From positions 1-29,455 of the IMG/VR virus record IMGVR_UViG_3300025606_000014: DNA of 29,455 bases. One strand, given 5' to 3'. Of the stretch, positions 24,451 to 29,455 are shown piece after piece (positions within the stretch are counted from its first letter, which is position 1; each line of letters begins with the position of its first letter). The notes under the pieces are model-generated. The model was not told where the DNA came from. It made no database searches and saw nothing but the letters and a program-made list of their open reading frames with translations. Both the position numbers and the translations under genes were made by a program. The stretch is from a virus (lineage: Duplodnaviria > Caudoviricetes).

Positions 24451-26433
24451 TTAAGCAGCAATGAGCCATACTTGGCCCGTAGGTACTGTTACTGAAACTC
24501 CGGTTGCTATCGTTACCGGACCAACACTGAATCCGTTAGAACCGGAAGTAATAGTGTAATTAGAACTGATAGTCTGGTAAGACTCAAGAATAGGGCTTGC
24601 AGTTGCAGCCGTACCCCAAGAAAGAGCGCCCGTGCCATCAGTCTTGAGAAATTGGTTGGCACTACCGTCTGCGACTGGGAGAGTCCACGTTACGTTGGCT
24701 GCAACAATGGCGTTTGCTCTGAAACCAACATAACGAGTAGACGTAAGATTAGCAAACCTTAGTGTGTTTGCAGATCCTATCGTTACGTTAGCACCGTCAG
24801 TCGTGAGATTGGCTGCACCGGCAAAAGATCCAGCATTGTTGTACTGGAATTGCGTGGTAGCACCACCAGGAGTGCCTCCACCACCTACAGCAGCGTTGCT
24901 AGTCCATACACCGCCAATGCTCGTGAGTACGTTGCCAGCAGTTCCGGGTGCAACAGAAGAGACAGCCGAAGTTCCGTTACCAAGAAGTACGCTTCCAGCA
25001 GGGAGTGTTGCTAATCCAGTACCACCACCGACAGGTCCGAGTGTTCCGTAAGTAGGAGCAGCAGAAACACCGCTAGAAATAAATGGTTGCCCAGCCGTTC
25101 CGTAAGAAACCGTGGCAGTTGGACCGATCCCAAGTTCACCGGATGTTCCAATAACAAACCGGCCTGCACCACCGTTTACAAACGACAGAGGAAGGTAAGT
25201 TCCAGTCCCGTTGACCCCAGACACCAACTGAACGTCTGTAGATCCGTTGGTAGCCATCAATATTTTGCTGGCGTTCGTAGGATCAGAATTGTTAGCTGCT
25301 TGCCAAGACGCTGCTGTAGACGTTCCACTAGGCAGAGCATAGATACCAGTCGAACTGTTAGCTGTGATGGTTACAAAGTTGGTGCGGTTAGATACCGTTG
25401 CATTGGTAAAGTCACCAACAATCTTCTGGCCTGTTGTAGTAAACGTCAGGTTGCCAGTAGAGACGTTGATGGACGCTGCGTTGAGCGTTGTACCGTTGAA
25501 CGTCAGGTTGGCAGTGCCACCAAATGCACCAGAATTGTTGAACTGGACGGTTGTAAATCCGCCGCCTGGGGTTCCACTGCCTGCAACTACTGCGTTAGAT
25601 GTCCATACTCCACCGATACTGGTCAGGACATTGCCTGCTGTACCGGGATCAATAAAACTAATGTTTGGTGTTGTCCCGCCGGTAGATAAGATTGGGTATG
25701 TATTTCCAACGCTAGTGACTGCGTTAGCTACAGCTCCGGTAGCAGTCAGAACACCAGTAGTATTTGAGAACGAAAGTCCCGTTCCTATTGCGACGTTGGA
25801 CAGTACGCCCGTAGCGTTAGACCAAGCAATACCATCAAACGTAGTGGACAGCGTGATAACCGCATTGCTGGTCGAGTTGGCTACCGTGCCAGAAAATCCC
25901 TTGGCAGTTACAACGCTGACGTTGGTCACCGTGCCTGTGCCACCACCGCTTGCCACCGCTGCATTACTAACCCAGACGCCACCGATGCTGGTAAGAACGT
26001 TACCGGCATTACCTGGAGCCACAGAAGTAATAGATCCTGTCCCGTTACCCAGCAATACGTTGTTAACAGGCAGCGTGACTAGACCAGTGCCTCCGTTGGG
26101 AACGGTCAGGGCGTTGAGTAACGTGAGATTGCCTACGTTTGCTGTAGCAATGTTCCCGGTCGTTATGAACGCGCTAGTAGCGTTGAGTGTCGTGACATTG
26201 GCAAGCGTAGCCGTGACGTTGGTCACGTTGATGCTTGTCACATTGACGTTTGTGACGTTGCTTGTGCCACTTGTTATGGTGACGTTGGCAAGCGTGAGGT
26301 TGTTAAGCGTGGTGACAGTGTTGCCAAGCAGGACAGACGTATTGCCAATGGTGATCGGCGTGTTGAAGTTGCTGTCTAGTTTGGCTAGAGCGATATTCCC
26401 GCTTAGATTGGCAAAAGCATAGGGGACGGTCAT
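24451..26433 (-). CDS. Long tail fibre protein
   Basis: 660 aa, T/G/A/N/S/V-rich; VPNGGTG and PGxAGNVLTSIGGVWxSNA repeats; WTLPVADGSANQFLKTDGTGALSW; C-terminal SVGPVTIATGVSVTVPTG. Confidence 0.82.
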   Translation of the reverse strand: MTVPYAFANLSGNIALAKLDSNFNTPITIGNTSVLLGNTVTTLNNLTLANVTITSGTSNVTNVNVTSINVTNVTATLANVTTLNATSAFITTGNIATANVGNLTLLNALTVPNGGTGLVTLPVNNVLLGNGTGSITSVAPGNAGNVLTSIGGVWVSNAAVASGGGTGTVTNVSVVTAKGFSGTVANSTSNAVITLSTTFDGIAWSNATGVLSNVAIGTGLSFSNTTGVLTATGAVANAVTSVGNTYPILSTGGTTPNISFIDPGTAGNVLTSIGGVWTSNAVVAGSGTPGGGFTTVQFNNSGAFGGTANLTFNGTTLNAASINVSTGNLTFTTTGQKIVGDFTNATVSNRTNFVTITANSSTGIYALPSGTSTAASWQAANNSDPTNASKILMATNGSTDVQLVSGVNGTGTYLPLSFVNGGAGRFVIGTSGELGIGPTATVSYGTAGQPFISSGVSAAPTYGTLGPVGGGTGLATLPAGSVLLGNGTSAVSSVAPGTAGNVLTSIGGVWTSNAAVGGGGTPGGATTQFQYNNAGSFAGAANLTTDGANVTIGSANTLRFANLTSTRYVGFRANAIVAANVTWTLPVADGSANQFLKTDGTGALSWGTAATASPILESYQTISSNYTITSGSNGFSVGPVTIATGVSVTVPTGQVWLIAA

Positions 26434-28646
26434 TAGAACCTCGCTCTCAATTCATGTTCAAACTCAAATGTGTTCACGGTATATCCAGCGCTGTTACTGT
26501 TGATCGTCAGACCAAGATACTTGCCGTACTGCTGGGCATCTGATTTATACAGAGCGTACCCGTAAGCGGTTTCCCACCCAACCGTTTGCAAACTGTTATT
26601 CTGCCAAGTCACCGGCTGTTGGTAATTATTCAGCCAAGTGACCGTATTGTCTACTGTATAAGCACCTGTAGCCCCGGTTCCCTGCTCATTGTCCACGCTA
26701 ACGAAGAGCGTAGACGATGCTTGCAACTGAGCTTCGATACCAAACTTGAGTGCCTGCTTGGTCCGTATGGGATCACCCATAGGCATGAGGGCAGTTTGGA
26801 TCGTAGTGGCTACGTTAGCCGTGGAATTAGCATAGAGACGGTAGAGGCTTGAGCCTGCGGTCCCATAGAGGCGAATGACCCCCGCTGTAGGGACGGAAGT
26901 GATGTAGTCCAACGCTCCTTGGGAGGTTAGAAACCACCTCTTCTCGAAGAACACGGCTTGGACCTTTCTCGCTCCAACTACCGGGTCGTTGTAGGTGAAG
27001 GAGAATGCCGCGCATAGTATGTTGTTCAATAAGACCTGCCCTCCGCTGATCGGCTGGGAGAAGTCTATGAGTTGGAATATCCCGTCAAGAGGATCTGATA
27101 GCTTGCTAGTAGTAGAACCGACCAGGGAATAAATCCCGTAGTCGTTCATGAACAGCACAGCTCTAAAGAACGGGTAGATAGCGTAGATACGCTTGGTCCC
27201 TACGCTTGCAGAGACGTTGGTATTCGTGAATAACGTTTGACCGTTGGTGTCTACACGAACGTCAGAGAAGACGTTGATGCTGGTTTCACCAAAGATGTAC
27301 AGGAAATTGTTGGCCGAGAGCAGCGCACGGATGTTGCCGTGCAGCGTAGAGTCAGTCAGCGTGAACGAACCAGCAGAAACGCTGGTGAAATCACTATAAG
27401 AGTCTGCTGCCGAGTAGTAGACGGTGCGTCCAGCAGCCACCCAGGTTCTACCCGAAAACGTAGCGGTAGAAACTAATTGATCTGTGTTTACAACTGCCGT
27501 GACATTGGCAGCAGTGCTGAATCCCCCACCGGAAAGAGACACACTTGCATTGGTGTACCCTGATCCTGGATTGGTCATCACGATCTGCGAGACCGTGTTG
27601 CCAGCAAGGATTGCAGTAGCGGTAGCAGGGACTACATTAGACCCGCCAATAGCCACCGTTGGTGCTGACGTATAGCCAGATCCTCCGTTGTTAAGCAGAA
27701 TGCTGACTGTGCCTGTCTTGAACGATATGACTTGGGCTATGGCGTTAGCACCAGAACCTCCACCACCCGAGAACGTGATGGTTGGAGACGATGTATAGCC
27801 GCTACCAGCGTTTACTAGGTTGACGCTAGAGACGCCACCAGTAGAAATGACTGCATTGGCGGTAGCAGAACCGCTGGAGAAGGTCACTGCCGGTACAGAA
27901 GTGTATCCAGAGCCTCCTTCAACAATACCGATAGAGACAACTGCGCCACCGCTGATGCTGGCAACTGCTGTAGCCTGGGTTCCACCCGTGATATTGGGTG
28001 CACCAATGGTTACGTCTGGAACTGCCGTGTATCCAGAGCCACCTGAAGTCACATAAACAGATCGAATGCCACCAGATCCGGTGACGATCGTTGCAGTGGC
28101 TACTGCTTGCACCCCGTTAGAATCATTGGGTGCGCTGATCACTACATCAGGCGCAGATGTATAGCCAGAACCTGGGCTGGAAACGGCTATCAGGCCAACA
28201 GACCCGATAGAAACTACATTTGCACCATTCCAACTGGACAATCCGTTGGCTGGATCGGCAATGATCAGTCTTTCGTTTTTCCACTGTGCAGAACTGACGT
28301 TTGCACTGCTGAACGTGCCTGCGACTGCTACGTTGCTAGTCACATTGCTTGTCAAATTGAACGCTTGCGCTCTGCCGTCTACTTCAAAGCTGACAATGTA
28401 GTCAGAAACATTGATGTTTGTAGACGTTAGGTAAGTAACTGTGTTTGCAAAGACAACTGCGTTGCCTGTGTTGTCCGTAACCGCGCTCTGAGCAGGAACA
28501 ATCTTGATGTTGGAGTCGCCAATCGGCATGGCATTTTCCAACCAAGAGAATTCTTTGTCACTAATGGCCGTTCGGTTGGCTTTTGTGTTGATGCCACCAA
28601 ACGTCTTCAGGACAGTGTAGGTCTTTTTCTGTTCCTGAGATGCCAT
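26433..28646 (-). CDS. Tail nozzle / DNA stabilization protein (P22 gp10-like position) with inserted GSGYT repeats
   Basis: Follows the adaptor; FGGINT N-terminus, beta-propeller-like C-terminal half (GRTWVAAG, LYIFGE), six GSGYT repeats in the middle. Confidence 0.7.
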   Translation of the reverse strand: MASQEQKKTYTVLKTFGGINTKANRTAISDKEFSWLENAMPIGDSNIKIVPAQSAVTDNTGNAVVFANTVTYLTSTNINVSDYIVSFEVDGRAQAFNLTSNVTSNVAVAGTFSSANVSSAQWKNERLIIADPANGLSSWNGANVVSIGSVGLIAVSSPGSGYTSAPDVVISAPNDSNGVQAVATATIVTGSGGIRSVYVTSGGSGYTAVPDVTIGAPNITGGTQATAVASISGGAVVSIGIVEGGSGYTSVPAVTFSSGSATANAVISTGGVSSVNLVNAGSGYTSSPTITFSGGGGSGANAIAQVISFKTGTVSILLNNGGSGYTSAPTVAIGGSNVVPATATAILAGNTVSQIVMTNPGSGYTNASVSLSGGGFSTAANVTAVVNTDQLVSTATFSGRTWVAAGRTVYYSAADSYSDFTSVSAGSFTLTDSTLHGNIRALLSANNFLYIFGETSINVFSDVRVDTNGQTLFTNTNVSASVGTKRIYAIYPFFRAVLFMNDYGIYSLVGSTTSKLSDPLDGIFQLIDFSQPISGGQVLLNNILCAAFSFTYNDPVVGARKVQAVFFEKRWFLTSQGALDYITSVPTAGVIRLYGTAGSSLYRLYANSTANVATTIQTALMPMGDPIRTKQALKFGIEAQLQASSTLFVSVDNEQGTGATGAYTVDNTVTWLNNYQQPVTWQNNSLQTVGWETAYGYALYKSDAQQYGKYLGLTINSNSAGYTVNTFEFEHELRARF

Positions 28647-28647
28647 C

Positions 28648-29455
28648 TTAGTAAGGACTGCTATATGGGTCCGGAATCCTGCGTGTGAAGACCGAATTCA
28701 ACACGCTCTGCACTTGACGGTTGTACTGCTGAAGGAAAATCTCAGATTCTCCGTAGCTTTGTTCTTTGTATTTTGCCTTGTATGCCGCGTAGAACGCCAC
28801 AGGAACCGTGTACGGGTCATTGATGGCATCAACCAACGTAGGATTGGTTAGAACGAGCGGAGAAGGCAAGATAACCGTGTCCACTTCCATGCTGTAGGAC
28901 TGGTCAGGCACGGGTGAGATGTAAATTTGCCCCTGACCATACGTTGAGAAGCACACAGGCCGTCCAACGTAGTTCTGCCAGTACCGTAGCTGGGCGTTGA
29001 AGTTTGTCCAGGGCAGGTAACGCAAAGGAATTCTAGAATTTCCCCAATAGATCGTTACGTTGAGTACATCCAGAGTCTGCGAACCATTAGGTAACGACGA
29101 AAACGGGATGATTTCTGCATTCTGAACGTACAGCAGAGTGGCTGTGCCGTTAATAAAAGCGGTTGACGGGGGGAAATTAGACCCAGAAACGGGGTATGGC
29201 GGGGCTGTAGACCCCAGTGTTCCACCTACCGTGATCTGGTAGATGAACACATTTGAAAATATGTACTGTCCAGCGGTGACAACAAGGCCAGCAGACCAAA
29301 TAATCGCTGGTGTACCGTCTGGAGCGAGGGGTGTAGCAGATACTTGCAGGGTGCGTAGACAACCAGTGTCCCGTACTACCCTTTCACGCCCATCATTGAT
29401 GTAATCCGTAAGCTCATCATTAGACCAAAAGTTCCCATTGGCATCATGTAAAAGC
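28648..29455 (-). CDS. Head-tail adaptor protein (5' truncated by the window edge)
   Basis: Frame is open to the right edge: LLHDANGNFWSNDELTDYINDGRERVVRDTGCL...GRPVCF...IYISPVPDQSY...VAFYAAYKAK. Confidence 0.72.
   Translation of the reverse strand, partial: LLHDANGNFWSNDELTDYINDGRERVVRDTGCLRTLQVSATPLAPDGTPAIIWSAGLVVTAGQYIFSNVFIYQITVGGTLGSTAPPYPVSGSNFPPSTAFINGTATLLYVQNAEIIPFSSLPNGSQTLDVLNVTIYWGNSRIPLRYLPWTNFNAQLRYWQNYVGRPVCFSTYGQGQIYISPVPDQSYSMEVDTVILPSPLVLTNPTLVDAINDPYTVPVAFYAAYKAKYKEQSYGESEIFLQQYNRQVQSVLNSVFTRRIPDPYSSPY

Noticed and set aside
24880-26030. Tail-fibre repeats as a diversity-generating retroelement TR/VR pair
   Set aside because: The repeats are in-frame protein repeats differing mostly at synonymous sites, and no reverse transcriptase is present.
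25087-26422. Long + strand ORFs opposite the tail fibre (also 19691-21511 and 14696-15437)
   Set aside because: Antisense shadows of low-complexity, codon-biased genes.
1-29455. Stop-codon recoding, tRNA genes, integrase/att site
   Set aside because: Genes tile densely under the standard code, and no cloverleaf or recombinase was recognised by eye.

Overview
This window is most of a tailed dsDNA phage genome with podovirus-like gene content. The host is probably a betaproteobacterium, inferred from the H-NS type and the sRNA seed. The minus strand carries the packaging genes at the left (terminase large subunit, DUF5672, HTH, Zn-ribbon, 5' end of portal). At the right, also on minus, are head-tail adaptor, tail nozzle, tail fibres, ejection-type proteins, holin/lysozyme and a methyltransferase. 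A plus-strand early/middle block (4385-11615) encodes a GP88-family protein, H-NS, a YqaJ exonuclease + RecT-like annealase + SSB-like protein + PD-(D/E)XK nuclease, and a GT-A glycosyltransferase. No integrase, repressor, DNA polymerase, helicase, primase, initiator or small terminase was recognised. The most notable signals are outside the ORF track: (1) a canonical type II hammerhead ribozyme at 4563-4614, between the first early gene and the gp88 gene; (2) a non-coding RNA cassette at 7561-8066 with an anti-SD sRNA, a loop-bulge pseudoknot/terminator and a multi-stem RNA; (3) a TACAGGTAG repeat array whose complement recurs inside two sigma70-like promoters; (4) a tail fibre with about half of its Asn residues in N-X-S/T sequons, alongside two GT-A-type glycosyltransferases and a sugar-type O-methyltransferase, suggesting a virion glycosylation system. 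All calls were made by eye; no database searches were run.
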